DNA from: Candidatus Obscuribacteraceae bacterium
GTDB taxonomy: Bacteria > Cyanobacteriota > Vampirovibrionia > Obscuribacterales > Obscuribacteraceae
DNA: 64,000 nt
Reading direction: 5' to 3'
Assembly: GCA_044226015.1 (NCBI GenBank)
Contig: JBGAHS010000006.1
Span: forward strand, 160,001 to 224,000
Shown one piece after another: positions 46,062 to 56,122 of this stretch. The stretch's first letter is position 1. Each line of letters begins with the position of its first letter. The notes beneath the pieces were generated by a model that ran no database searches, had not been told where the DNA came from, and saw nothing but the letters and a program-made list of their open reading frames with translations. Made by a program: the position numbers and the translations under genes.

Positions 46062-48307
46062 ATAGCGTTGATAAGACTGAAGTTGAAGAACTCAGAGTGG
46101 TGATTGAAAGAGCTAACACCGCCCGAGCTGAAGCTTCACCCGTTTTGGTTCCTTCTGACTCGGATACTTCTGCCTTGGATACGGCTGGCTTAGATACTTC
46201 TGACTTGAATACGTCCGACTCGGGCACTTCTGGCTTGAATACTGCTGACCTGGGTATTTCTGCATTGGATACGGCTTACTTGGATCCGTCTGAGTCGGAT
46301 ACGGCTGACTCGGAACTTGACGCATTCTCACCGCTAGAGTTTCAAAAAGCAAACATCAAGGAATTTTTGTTGAGGAACGATAAGTGGATATTCGGTACAC
46401 TTCTTGTCCTGGTCTTTGTACTCTTTTTTGTAACCAGCCCCAAGCTTCTATCAACGCTTGGTGTATGGACAATAGCCTGGTCCGGATTACTGTATTCCCA
46501 ACATCTGAACTCGAAATATGCAATCAAGGCGACAAAAGAGCACCTTCTGATCCAGAGAAAGCACCCACTTGGACAAGAAAATCTCAAATTAGACTGGAAC
46601 AAAATCTGCTCAATTAACTTTGTGAAGGACCAGAATTTACGTTTGGATTTTGCCCTTGCAGAAAAGACTCTGAGTCCCGCGCAGAAACTTGTCTTTCAAG
46701 ACATACTCAATTGCGATGACGGCATCAGTATATTCCTGCACGCTGGACCAACGATTAAGGAAAAAAGTTTCCTTCAGTCAGTGGAGAGATTCAGCGGACA
46801 AAAGTTTGAACAAGCTTTCGATGAGTTGGAAAACAGTGAAAAATGTCCTGCCACTGCCCTCAATACCGTGCAATACCTGGCTACAGGACAACTGCAACGC
46901 ACTCTAACCGGGCTTCTTGCCAAGTTTGAGAAGTATGCCTTGTTCGCTGGCATTCTTCTATCCTCATTTCTTTTACTCACAAACGGAATCTTCAGCGCTA
47001 TTGCGTCGTTTCTATTGCTGTTAGTACTGTGCATTCCGATAGCATCATTGTTGTATCACGAGAAAAGAGTAGATCTCTCTTTTGATGATGATGGAATTCG
47101 TGTTTTATGGAATACAGAAAAGAGCAAAGTACTGCCCTGGCTACGTATCCAAAGGGTAAGGCATGAGCAAAGAAGAGACACAGCAAATTCAGATATTGAT
47201 CGCATCGAGTTCTTAATAGAGAACAAGAAGCCCGACTCGGTTCACATAAATGCACTTCGACTAGTTTGTCCGCACCTTTTTAAAAGCAGGCACGGCGACA
47301 TTTTTCTAAGCCTGAATCCAGCATTTATCAGAGATGCTCAATCTCGCATTAATTTGCTTCACGCATTGAAAAAGTATTTGCCATCAGAAAAAATCGATCA
47401 GTCGATTTGGGATCTTCTGAATCCGACAGATACAGCTACCTACACTCAGCTCTGGTTAGACAGTCTCGGCTCAAGCATTAATAGAGCGGTTAGACGAAAT
47501 GACGAAGCTTTGAATCCTGGTATGCAACTTAGAAACGGGCGCTTTGAAATTATCGAATCCTTAGGCTCTGGTGGGCAAGCGACAGTTTACAGGGCAAGGA
47601 GAATAATTGAAGACAAAGAGGAAATGGTTGTTCTTAAGGAGTTTGTGTTGCCCTCTCACGCGGGCGCAGAGCTGAGTGCTCGTTCTCTCGAACAAATTCA
47701 AAGCGAATTCGATCTCATGTTCAAACTTAAGCATCCGAACATCGTCCGGTATGACGACATATTTGTGGAGGATCATCGAGCATATTTGGTTCTGGAAGAA
47801 ATCGAAGGCAAGTCTTTGCGTTCAATCATTGAAACGAGAGGAGCGTTGCCTGAAGACGAAGTTATAGCCTTATCGGTACAAATGTGCACCATGCTTAAGG
47901 CTCTCCATGGTCAGCCTACGGCTATTGTCCATCGAGATTTCACCCCAGAAAACTTGATTCTATCGCGTGACGGAACCTTGAAAGTAATTGACTTCAACGT
48001 TGCTCAGAAGCATGAAGAAAGAAGCAGTTCGGTAATAGTTGGAAAACACTCCTATCTTCCGCCTGAGCAATTCAGAGGGAAAGCTTGTCCACAAAGCGAT
48101 ATTTACGCTTTAGGAGCGACCATGTATTTCTTGCTTACTGGAGAGGAAGCTGAGCCGCTTAGCAGTTCGCATCCTAATTTAAAGGCTGAAATCTGTTCAG
48201 CCTCGCTGGATTCGATAGTCGCAAGAGCTACTGAGTTGGAACTGCAAGATCGTTTTAGCAGCGCCGAAGATATGGCTTCAGCTTTAGAAGAACTGCGTAA
48301 GATTTGA
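46058..48307 (+). CDS. Multi-TM protein with a C-terminal Ser/Thr kinase domain
   Basis: Four TM helices; GSGGQA, VLKE, HRDFTPEN, DFN and PPEQFRG motifs; GTGA overlap with the upstream gene. Confidence 0.88.
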   Translation: MNSVDKTEVEELRVVIERANTARAEASPVLVPSDSDTSALDTAGLDTSDLNTSDSGTSGLNTADLGISALDTAYLDPSESDTADSELDAFSPLEFQKANIKEFLLRNDKWIFGTLLVLVFVLFFVTSPKLLSTLGVWTIAWSGLLYSQHLNSKYAIKATKEHLLIQRKHPLGQENLKLDWNKICSINFVKDQNLRLDFALAEKTLSPAQKLVFQDILNCDDGISIFLHAGPTIKEKSFLQSVERFSGQKFEQAFDELENSEKCPATALNTVQYLATGQLQRTLTGLLAKFEKYALFAGILLSSFLLLTNGIFSAIASFLLLLVLCIPIASLLYHEKRVDLSFDDDGIRVLWNTEKSKVLPWLRIQRVRHEQRRDTANSDIDRIEFLIENKKPDSVHINALRLVCPHLFKSRHGDIFLSLNPAFIRDAQSRINLLHALKKYLPSEKIDQSIWDLLNPTDTATYTQLWLDSLGSSINRAVRRNDEALNPGMQLRNGRFEIIESLGSGGQATVYRARRIIEDKEEMVVLKEFVLPSHAGAELSARSLEQIQSEFDLMFKLKHPNIVRYDDIFVEDHRAYLVLEEIEGKSLRSIIETRGALPEDEVIALSVQMCTMLKALHGQPTAIVHRDFTPENLILSRDGTLKVIDFNVAQKHEERSSSVIVGKHSYLPPEQFRGKACPQSDIYALGATMYFLLTGEEAEPLSSSHPNLKAEICSASLDSIVARATELELQDRFSSAEDMASALEELRKI
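46153..46317 (+). repeat. Degenerate 15-nt in-frame repeat, ~11 units of [SA]-x-[LS]-[DNG]-T
   Basis: SDSDT SALDT AGLDT SDLNT SDSGT SGLNT ADLGI SALDT AYLDP SESDT ADSEL. Confidence 0.9.
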
Positions 48308-48346
48308 TATCATTGATTTGAAGTTCTTCCGCGGAGCACGTTAACG

Positions 48347-50278
48347 GTGCGGCATGACAACCGTGATCTGGTCGGTACGGTACTCGATCGCAAATACAAA
48401 GTAATCGAGTTCCTCGGCGAAGGCGGCATGGGAACTGTTTACAAAGTTCAGCACCTCATACTCAGACGAGAATGTGCAGTAAAAATTATACGTCGAAGGC
48501 ACGCAGCCGATCCTATTGCAATCAGGCGATTTCAATTAGAGGCAGAGGCAGCAAGTCTCCTGCAGCATCCCAATATCATTGAAGTTTACGACTATGGTAT
48601 CACGCAAGAAAACCTGCCATACATGGTTATGGAATATCTTGACGGAGAATCTCTTGATGATTTAATAACCCGCAATAGACAAATAAAATATGCTGTTGCT
48701 CTTCCAATCTTTTTGCAGGTCTGCGAGGCTCTGGCTCACGCACATGACAGAAAGGTTTTGCACCGTGATTTGAAGCCTGAAAACATAATGCTATGTAAGT
48801 CGGACTCAAATAAGTTGGTGGTGAAGCTTCTAGACTTTGGTGTTGCGAAATTACTTCCAGGAACTGGCAGAGCAGTCGAAAAACTCTCAATCACTGGTGA
48901 AATTTGTGGAAGTCCTCTTTATATGAGCCCAGAGCAATGCATGGGTCAATCACTGGACTTCCGTTCAGACATTTACTCTCTTGGATGTGTGTTTTATGAG
49001 GCTTTGACTGGGCAGGTTCCATGCAGTGGAGATTCCCTCTTCCAGATCGTAATGAAGCAAGTGAATGAAATGCCACCGCCGTTTGAAATAGTAGCACCAA
49101 ACATCACAATTCCTATCGAACTTGAGCGCATCGTTATACAGTGCCTGGCAAAAGAGAGAGCGCTGAGATTCTCTTCAGTTGAAGATGTAAGGTCTGCCCT
49201 ATCACAAATAAATATATTGTCTCCCGATGGCACGCCGCACTCGGAAAACTTCGTTGTGCGTGCTCCTGATATTTCCATTGATGGCAATACAGTGACGTTC
49301 ACCCGCGAACAAATGATGATGTCGACCAGGCAAGCTGTTGAGGAAGCCCTCTGGAAAGAGATCCGCATGCTCGAAGAGAAGTATGGAAATGGCTGTCGCT
49401 ATCTAATCGGACCTCTAGCTGATCTCTACCGATTGTATAAGGAAGGGCAACAATACAACTTCGCCCTTGAAGTGAAGAATCGTCAAATGCAATTGATTGA
49501 ATCTGAATACGGCGAAAACAGCCTCGATGCAGCTTATTGCTTCGAGGAGCTTGGGCAGTTGCATCTGAATCTTGGTGCAATGTTTATGTCCGAGTACGCG
49601 ATAAAAGAATCACTGCGTATGAAGGCGATGCTCATCGGAGAAGATGACCCTGACACTTGTCGAACTAGAATACAGTTAGCAAATGTCCTGGTTAAACACG
49701 ATCGTTTTAGCGAAGCAGAGTCCTACTGCGAAGATGCAATTCTAGGCGTCTACAGATCCACCGGCACTTTGAGTCTAGATGCAGCGAATATTGAGCTTTT
49801 GGCTGGAAATTTCTATTACGAAGCAGATAGCCTGCATAAGGCATATGACCACTTCGAAGCAGCATCTCTGATAGTTAGAGATGTCCTTGGTGACTTACAC
49901 ATAAAGTTGAGCGATTGCTATATGGATATGGCACGCTGCAAACACTTTCTCGGTGATTACTTATCTGCTGTTGAGCTTTGCAGAAAAGTGATTGCAATAA
50001 ATGACCGCAACCCTGAGCACAAAGATATTCTGTTTGATCATCCCTGGCAGCAGCTTGTATGGAGCTTCAAAGCCATGCGAAATTATCCAGAGGCAGAGTC
50101 TGCTTGTTTCAAAAGAATAGAGATTTTGAATTCATTTGATGAGCCAATGCCCGCACGTCTTCTGCAAATCTATGAGAACCTGGTTCAAATTTATAAAGAC
50201 TCACGCCAACTCGAAAAAGCAGGTGCCTGGCGACAGAAAGCGAGAGAGCTTGAGGCTGCGGCGAAGCAGGTGAATTAA
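48347..50278 (+). CDS. Cytoplasmic Ser/Thr kinase with TPR repeats
   Basis: GEGGMG, AVK, HRDLKPEN, DFG and GSPLYMSPE motifs; C-terminal TPR-like repeats. Confidence 0.93.
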   Translation: MRHDNRDLVGTVLDRKYKVIEFLGEGGMGTVYKVQHLILRRECAVKIIRRRHAADPIAIRRFQLEAEAASLLQHPNIIEVYDYGITQENLPYMVMEYLDGESLDDLITRNRQIKYAVALPIFLQVCEALAHAHDRKVLHRDLKPENIMLCKSDSNKLVVKLLDFGVAKLLPGTGRAVEKLSITGEICGSPLYMSPEQCMGQSLDFRSDIYSLGCVFYEALTGQVPCSGDSLFQIVMKQVNEMPPPFEIVAPNITIPIELERIVIQCLAKERALRFSSVEDVRSALSQINILSPDGTPHSENFVVRAPDISIDGNTVTFTREQMMMSTRQAVEEALWKEIRMLEEKYGNGCRYLIGPLADLYRLYKEGQQYNFALEVKNRQMQLIESEYGENSLDAAYCFEELGQLHLNLGAMFMSEYAIKESLRMKAMLIGEDDPDTCRTRIQLANVLVKHDRFSEAESYCEDAILGVYRSTGTLSLDAANIELLAGNFYYEADSLHKAYDHFEAASLIVRDVLGDLHIKLSDCYMDMARCKHFLGDYLSAVELCRKVIAINDRNPEHKDILFDHPWQQLVWSFKAMRNYPEAESACFKRIEILNSFDEPMPARLLQIYENLVQIYKDSRQLEKAGAWRQKARELEAAAKQVN

Positions 50279-50345
50279 GATGAATGGTTGATCGAATCTC
50301 AAGCATGAGATTGAAGCCATTACTCACCGTTCTGAATCTGCAAAA

Positions 50346-50837
50346 TCAGATTGAAGTGTAACCCCAAGAAACAAGCTTGCCATCGAGAAATGGTGCTATA
50401 CCGTGAAAGGTTTCCTCAGTCTCTTCGAAAACTTTGTCCATCCACAAGCGGTCACTTTCCCACAAGGACAGTTTGTCAAGGCCTGCTATTTTAACCCACT
50501 CAAGGTCTCCTTCATGATTTCCTTTAATGGGACTGCCTGTGAATTTGTCGACTCTAAATATGAATCCGAACCAGTCTTCTCCACCTTTGCCAAAACCAGG
50601 CCAGCTGATGGTGCCGCGAAGTACAATTCTCTCGCAGTGAATTCCCGCCTCTTCTAGAACCTCGCGCTTCACCGCATCAATGATGTTTTCGCTTTTTTCA
50701 ATCTTTCCACCCAGTCCGTTGTATTTGCCGAAATGTACATCATCAGTCCGTTTGTTGCGGTGAATCATCAAGACACTCTGGCGATCTTCTGACATGATGT
50801 AAGCCAGGGTAGCGATAATTGGGCAATAAGCTGGCAT
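50346..50837 (-). CDS. Nudix hydrolase (8-oxo-dGTPase/MutX-like)
   Basis: GKYNGLGGK...REVLEEAG Nudix box; EGDLEW motif. Confidence 0.92.
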   Translation of the reverse strand: MPAYCPIIATLAYIMSEDRQSVLMIHRNKRTDDVHFGKYNGLGGKIEKSENIIDAVKREVLEEAGIHCERIVLRGTISWPGFGKGGEDWFGFIFRVDKFTGSPIKGNHEGDLEWVKIAGLDKLSLWESDRLWMDKVFEETEETFHGIAPFLDGKLVSWGYTSI

Positions 50838-52519
50838 TATTTCTCTTCCTTCTTTTCCTCAACCCTGACAATACGCTTACAAAGATCGGTGTCATTGTCA
50901 TCATTGAATTTCCCCAGGTGATGTGACCAGCTCATGAATCGAGCAAGCCCACTTCCCTTGCCGGGTTTCGATGCAACCAACGCAAGTCCTTTTCCTGGCT
51001 CATCGTTTTTAACCATATTTGCAAGCGTATCAAATGGAATGCTATGACCTCTGAGTCCTTCGTCAATTGCAGTGAAATCAATTCTCTCGACGAGACCGCG
51101 CTTATGATGAGGCAAATGATTACCTGAGCTGACTGCTATATCGTCATCACTTTTGGAATCAATTCGCGGGTCATCATTCTTGTCTGACTTGTCGTCATCT
51201 TTCTTCTTTCCCAGACCGCCGAAAACTTCGCCAACGCCTTCTCCAAGCCTATAATAGCCTCCATACATCATCTGAGAGAGCGGCAACATTTTGTCTTTAG
51301 TGGAAGTGTAGAGCCTCAACACAGCTCCCTGATTTTCCATTCCCATCACGTAATGCTTGAAAGTTTCCGCATCAATGTCTGGGGACACCAACTCAACATC
51401 TTTAACTAGTTGAGTTCTCTCCAAATGTACAGCGGCACGAATAACAAGTCGATTACCCATACTATGCGAAACAATTATCAGATGAAGTTTGTGGTTCTTC
51501 TTAAATTCAATCAGGTCTTTGACAAAGGTATTGAAGTGCCCTTGAGACCACTCATTGTTGCCACCATCAACAACATAGCTTATCGTTTTAGGAACGGACG
51601 GCCATGAGTACAAGATGAGAGGACATTGCATCGAATAAGCCATTGCAGCCGCATCCAATGCAGCATCGTCAAAGCTTTCATCAGCACCATGAACGAACAG
51701 ACAGACATCGTCTGTGCCGGACAGCTCCATTAATTTCTGCAGGCGATTGAAGAATTCAACTTTGCCACCATCAGCATCGGTGCAGCTAATTTTGTCGCAG
51801 CTCAGTTCATCGATAGCACGTTTTCCGGCAAGCTTCCAATCGAGCTTCTGAAACAATTCAGGGTCATGCTTGCGCTCAGTGTTGCGCACCACAACATTCG
51901 CCGTGCCGTAATACATATCATGCTTGCAGTCGACGATGTATTTCCGCCTGCTACCATAAGTTTTCTTCTCATCATCGTCCCTGTCAGTTAAATAAAGAAC
52001 AGGAACTATTACTCCCTCGCGGTCTTCCGCAAGCTTCTTATCGCGCTTCTTCTTTGGCTCTTTCGGCTCTAGAGTCTTAGAGCTCGATGAGTCTTTGTTT
52101 TTTTTGCTTTTTCTGTCTTTTTTGGAATCATCAGAAGGAGCTTTGTCTACGCCATCCTCATCCAAAACTTTTGGATTGTCATTTTGCAAAGAATCACCAT
52201 CGCTCTTTGCTCCACCTTCAGCTGTTGAGTCTTTTCCTTTTTTTGTTTTCTTCTTCGGCTCATTTGCTTTTGCAGGCGAATTAGTTTTTTCGCTAGAAGC
52301 TTTTACAGAAGTCTTTTTTTCCCTCTCATTCTTCTGAGTCTTTTTTTCTTTGATGGTGCTTATCTTTTCAGTATCATTCGATGGTGACTCTGACGACACT
52401 GCTGAATCAGCAGACTCTGCCTGGGTGGGCGACGCAACGAAGGTTGAACAGAACATTAGACAGAGTAGAACAGGGAAATATCGCAGCGCAAGTGCTGTTT
52501 GTGCTTTCAGTCTTTTCAT
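50837..52519 (-). CDS. Exported alpha/beta hydrolase (DUF900-like) with a Lys-rich N-linker
   Basis: LFVHG, YSWPS, SHSMGNR, SPDID and GHS motifs; signal peptide from ATG 52519. Confidence 0.85.
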   Translation of the reverse strand: MKRLKAQTALALRYFPVLLCLMFCSTFVASPTQAESADSAVSSESPSNDTEKISTIKEKKTQKNEREKKTSVKASSEKTNSPAKANEPKKKTKKGKDSTAEGGAKSDGDSLQNDNPKVLDEDGVDKAPSDDSKKDRKSKKNKDSSSSKTLEPKEPKKKRDKKLAEDREGVIVPVLYLTDRDDDEKKTYGSRRKYIVDCKHDMYYGTANVVVRNTERKHDPELFQKLDWKLAGKRAIDELSCDKISCTDADGGKVEFFNRLQKLMELSGTDDVCLFVHGADESFDDAALDAAAMAYSMQCPLILYSWPSVPKTISYVVDGGNNEWSQGHFNTFVKDLIEFKKNHKLHLIIVSHSMGNRLVIRAAVHLERTQLVKDVELVSPDIDAETFKHYVMGMENQGAVLRLYTSTKDKMLPLSQMMYGGYYRLGEGVGEVFGGLGKKKDDDKSDKNDDPRIDSKSDDDIAVSSGNHLPHHKRGLVERIDFTAIDEGLRGHSIPFDTLANMVKNDEPGKGLALVASKPGKGSGLARFMSWSHHLGKFNDDNDTDLCKRIVRVEEKKEEK

Positions 52520-52751
52520 TATTACTAACTCACAGAACGCGTAGGTGTTGATCATAGACCCTAAAAGCCTTGTGCTTGTTAATTCCATCAGTTTCTAAAC
52601 AATCAAGCTTTACGCAGTCCTCAAAATGCAAGTTCGAGCCTGCTTTAAATGCCGGAATCTCCTGCTGACAAAGCAACTGGAGATGATTAAACAGCCTATC
52701 TTTTAATATCACAGCTCTTTGTGCGATCATTTGACAACCAGAGGTTGAAGT

Positions 52752-53912
52752 TTGCCAAACTTACAAGCAGAGCAATTAGAAGGCGTTAAGGAAGCACAAT
52801 CAGCTTCCGCAGAGCCGGTCTCACACTCGGAGTATAGTCTCGGCTATATTCCTGCGGTGGATGGACTGCGTGCGATTTCTATTTTGCTTGTTCTTGCATT
52901 CCATGACATTGGACCTCGCACTTCAGTAATTGGACATGCTCTTAACGGCTGGATTGGTGTCGATGTATTCTTTGTCATCAGCGGCTATCTGATAACATCC
53001 ATTTTGCTAAAAGAAGCGCGTGAGCATGGCGGCGACTTCAACCTGAAGAAGTTTTACATTCGCAGGTGGCTGCGAATTGCGCCTGTATATTATGTCTTCC
53101 TTAGTGTCGTGTTGGCATGGAAGTTCTGGGGAGGAGACCATCATCTCAAACCATTTGTTTATGCCGCGCTTTATATCACAAACTTGGACCTCGCCTTCGG
53201 CTGGAATCTGACAGCTTTCAAAGTTGGCATGCCGCACATCTGGTCACTTGCTCTGGAAGAGCAATTCTATTTGGTCTTTCCCGCTACCCTGAAATTCTTC
53301 AAGAAGCATGCTCTCGCACTCACCGCTAGTCTCATTGCGGCCGTGTATGCATGGAGGCTTTATCTTGTCGCAAATGGTGCTGAATGGTGGCGCATCGTTC
53401 ATGGTTTTGATACCAAACTTGATACCATAATGTTTGGTGTTCTTACGGCGATACTTCTCACCCATACCAATTTCCGCATGGCTGCTGCCAAATTGCTGGG
53501 AAATTGGGTGGCTCAAATTCTTCTCAGTATAGGACTACTGTACTCATTCCAGACGCTCGGGCATCCAATGAATGGTGGCATACCAGAGCATATGTTCTTC
53601 TGGGGAGTAAAAATGCCGATTACTTCGGTGCTCATTTCGAGTTTACTCATATCTGTAATAACGAATCCTAAAGCCATAGTTGCAGTTGCTCTTGCAAATC
53701 CGGTGGCAGTATTTATCGGAAAGCTCTCCTATAGCATTTACTTGTGGCATCCACTCATTCATTCAATCTACTGTGCGTTCTATTGGGACTATTTCTGTAA
53801 GCATGGTCCTACTGCAGAACTCTACCAGTACATAATCATTTTTGCCTTCTCTTGTTTTTCGTACTATGTTATCGAAAAACCATTCTTAAAATTGAAAGGC
53901 CATTTTGCATAG
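52752..53912 (+). CDS. Acyltransferase-3 (OafA-like) membrane O-acyltransferase
   Basis: DGLRA, GVDVFFVISGYLI, RRWLRI, HIWSLALEEQFY and SYSIYLWH motifs. Confidence 0.94.
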   Translation: MPNLQAEQLEGVKEAQSASAEPVSHSEYSLGYIPAVDGLRAISILLVLAFHDIGPRTSVIGHALNGWIGVDVFFVISGYLITSILLKEAREHGGDFNLKKFYIRRWLRIAPVYYVFLSVVLAWKFWGGDHHLKPFVYAALYITNLDLAFGWNLTAFKVGMPHIWSLALEEQFYLVFPATLKFFKKHALALTASLIAAVYAWRLYLVANGAEWWRIVHGFDTKLDTIMFGVLTAILLTHTNFRMAAAKLLGNWVAQILLSIGLLYSFQTLGHPMNGGIPEHMFFWGVKMPITSVLISSLLISVITNPKAIVAVALANPVAVFIGKLSYSIYLWHPLIHSIYCAFYWDYFCKHGPTAELYQYIIIFAFSCFSYYVIEKPFLKLKGHFA

Positions 53913-53915
53913 TTC

Positions 53916-56039
53916 ATGAGTCAAGGTTATTTCCTAAATCCGCCACTGATTCGAGAGATTCTGCTCTGGTACACGAGTTCTAGAGAGAATATGGTCGTAT
54001 TCGAGCCCCTGGCAAAAGCATGTCTCATGACTGGAAAAATTCTCGCCTCACATTCACCAGAAAAGGGTGATGAGGCCAGGAGAATTCTTGAGGACTGGTG
54101 CTCAGGCGATGAATTTTTCACTATGATAAATGAGGCTGCTAAGTCAAACAGCAGCATCAGCATCGAACTTGCACGCGAGAGTCTAGCGCTGGTATCACAG
54201 TCTGACAGCTTTGTTGCAGGGCTGCCTGTGAATGATGTTCTCTCTGTTTTCAGTGCCCTAATAAGAGCTGATTTACGCTCCAGAGAATCTCGCAGCAGCG
54301 CACATATTGATGAGCTTAACCTCTATCAGTCTCAGCTAAGAAGCTTCGGATTGCACGATGTCTGCTTGCTCTTTCTGGCAAGATGCGCTGCCAAAAATCC
54401 CACACAGTTGTTTGATCTGCTGATACACATCAAAGATGATCGCACAGCGCTAAAACAAATTCCATTGGAGTTACTTGCGGACGGAGCGACATCGCAGTTT
54501 GCTTCCGGTCTGAGAATGTTTGCCATAGGTAATCTCGAAGACTCTTCTAACGCGTTCACCCTTGCTGCAGAGAAAGAGACTTCTTCAGTAAATTCGGACA
54601 TTGCTCAAGCGCTCATTGCAATCATAAATTCTGATAAAGATCGCGTGGAGTTAATGCTGCAGCGTGTTTCTGCGAACCTGTCGGATGGGATGGCTGAATC
54701 GATACGCAACTTCAGCAATATGATGCTCACCCGAAATGATATAACGCTCTCTGCGGATGAAACTGAATCAATCGCGGCGCTACTTTTCTTTCTTATAAAG
54801 TCAAACCAGCATAATGAAGCTTCTAGTGTTGCTGAACGACATATCGAGGCGTTCCCGAAAGACCTGGTAATCAAGCTTCTCTGGGCAGAGTCATTGATTA
54901 CACCGATTCGAAAAGAATGGACAGAAGACCCTCCACTAGCAGGGTGTGCAGATGCAAGTAAAATACGGCAGCTCAGGAAAGCAAAAGACCTGCTTGTAAT
55001 AAGCAGACAAGAAGCTGACTCTGCAAATCTTCCCTACTTAAAGACAATTGCTGACTCAAATCTCACTGTCGTATGTATGATGCTGAGAGATTTCATTACT
55101 GCAGAAGAGTGTGGCTTAGAGGCAGTTGCTGCATTCCCTCAGAGTGGACTTGCAAGAATAAATCTTGCAAGCGCTTTGTTGGCAATTGGAGATCTGCCAA
55201 AACTAATGGACACCATTAGTGATGTGCAAGTTGAATTTAAGAAGTCAGCCAAGCGACTCAGAGCTGAGGCTTTGTACCACAATTGTTCATTTAAGGAAGC
55301 AATTGAAATTTGGAACGACTTATATGAACAAGAAGATGAGCGATTATGGCGTCTTCGCATTTTGTGTCGAAAACTTGAATGCTTCCGTTTAATTCGCGAT
55401 GAGGAAAACGCCCAGAAAGCTGTTGACCTGTTGATGAGTGCATTCAAAAATGAACCTGAGACTTTGTTTGCGATCGCTTATGAACTCTGGCAGATGGGAC
55501 GAAACGATGATGCGATTCATGCACTCAAAGTCGCGAAGGAAATTGCTGCTCCAAATCTGAAGAAATGGATAGCATGGGAACTGGGCAGAATACTTTTCGA
55601 CGTCGGGCAGGCATTATCAGCAACTGACGAATATGTGTCTGTTGCAGATCCTTCAATTGACACTGTTCAAGGACGAGAGTTTGCAGTTGCATTGTACAAA
55701 TCTGGGCTACTGCCTGCGGCGGGTCAACGCGCACGTTCCATACGCGAGATAAAGGGTGAAGTGGTTCCAGGTATTACCGAAATTGAGACTGATTTACTCG
55801 TTCGCGAAGGCAAACTCGCAGAAGCGAAAGAATTACTTATCAAATTGTCCATCGCAAGACCGTTTTCGGTTCTCAACCGTCTTGCAATAGTGCGCATTTG
55901 TATAGGTTTGAACCAAATTGATGAGGCCAGGGTTCAGTTGCAAGAGCTATGCAAATTGAATTTGAGTCCTGAGATGCATGATGAAGTTCAAACCTTTGCT
56001 AATGATCTCAAAATGGATGTCTTCAAAGATCAGGCATAA
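53916..56039 (+). CDS. TPR-repeat hypothetical protein
   Basis: Long helical ORF with TPR-like repeats in the C-terminal half; start uncertain. Confidence 0.75.
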   Translation: MSQGYFLNPPLIREILLWYTSSRENMVVFEPLAKACLMTGKILASHSPEKGDEARRILEDWCSGDEFFTMINEAAKSNSSISIELARESLALVSQSDSFVAGLPVNDVLSVFSALIRADLRSRESRSSAHIDELNLYQSQLRSFGLHDVCLLFLARCAAKNPTQLFDLLIHIKDDRTALKQIPLELLADGATSQFASGLRMFAIGNLEDSSNAFTLAAEKETSSVNSDIAQALIAIINSDKDRVELMLQRVSANLSDGMAESIRNFSNMMLTRNDITLSADETESIAALLFFLIKSNQHNEASSVAERHIEAFPKDLVIKLLWAESLITPIRKEWTEDPPLAGCADASKIRQLRKAKDLLVISRQEADSANLPYLKTIADSNLTVVCMMLRDFITAEECGLEAVAAFPQSGLARINLASALLAIGDLPKLMDTISDVQVEFKKSAKRLRAEALYHNCSFKEAIEIWNDLYEQEDERLWRLRILCRKLECFRLIRDEENAQKAVDLLMSAFKNEPETLFAIAYELWQMGRNDDAIHALKVAKEIAAPNLKKWIAWELGRILFDVGQALSATDEYVSVADPSIDTVQGREFAVALYKSGLLPAAGQRARSIREIKGEVVPGITEIETDLLVREGKLAEAKELLIKLSIARPFSVLNRLAIVRICIGLNQIDEARVQLQELCKLNLSPEMHDEVQTFANDLKMDVFKDQA

Positions 56040-56060
56040 ATTGCCAGATGCAAAAAGAAG

Positions 56061-56085
56061 AAAAGGTCCGCAATGCGGACCCTTT
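56061..56085. terminator. Bidirectional terminator between convergent genes
   Basis: AAAA-GGTCCGC-AAT-GCGGACC-CTTT. Confidence 0.8.
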
Positions 56086-56122
56086 CTGATTGCTAAATTG
56101 AGATTGCTTCAATATTAACAGC

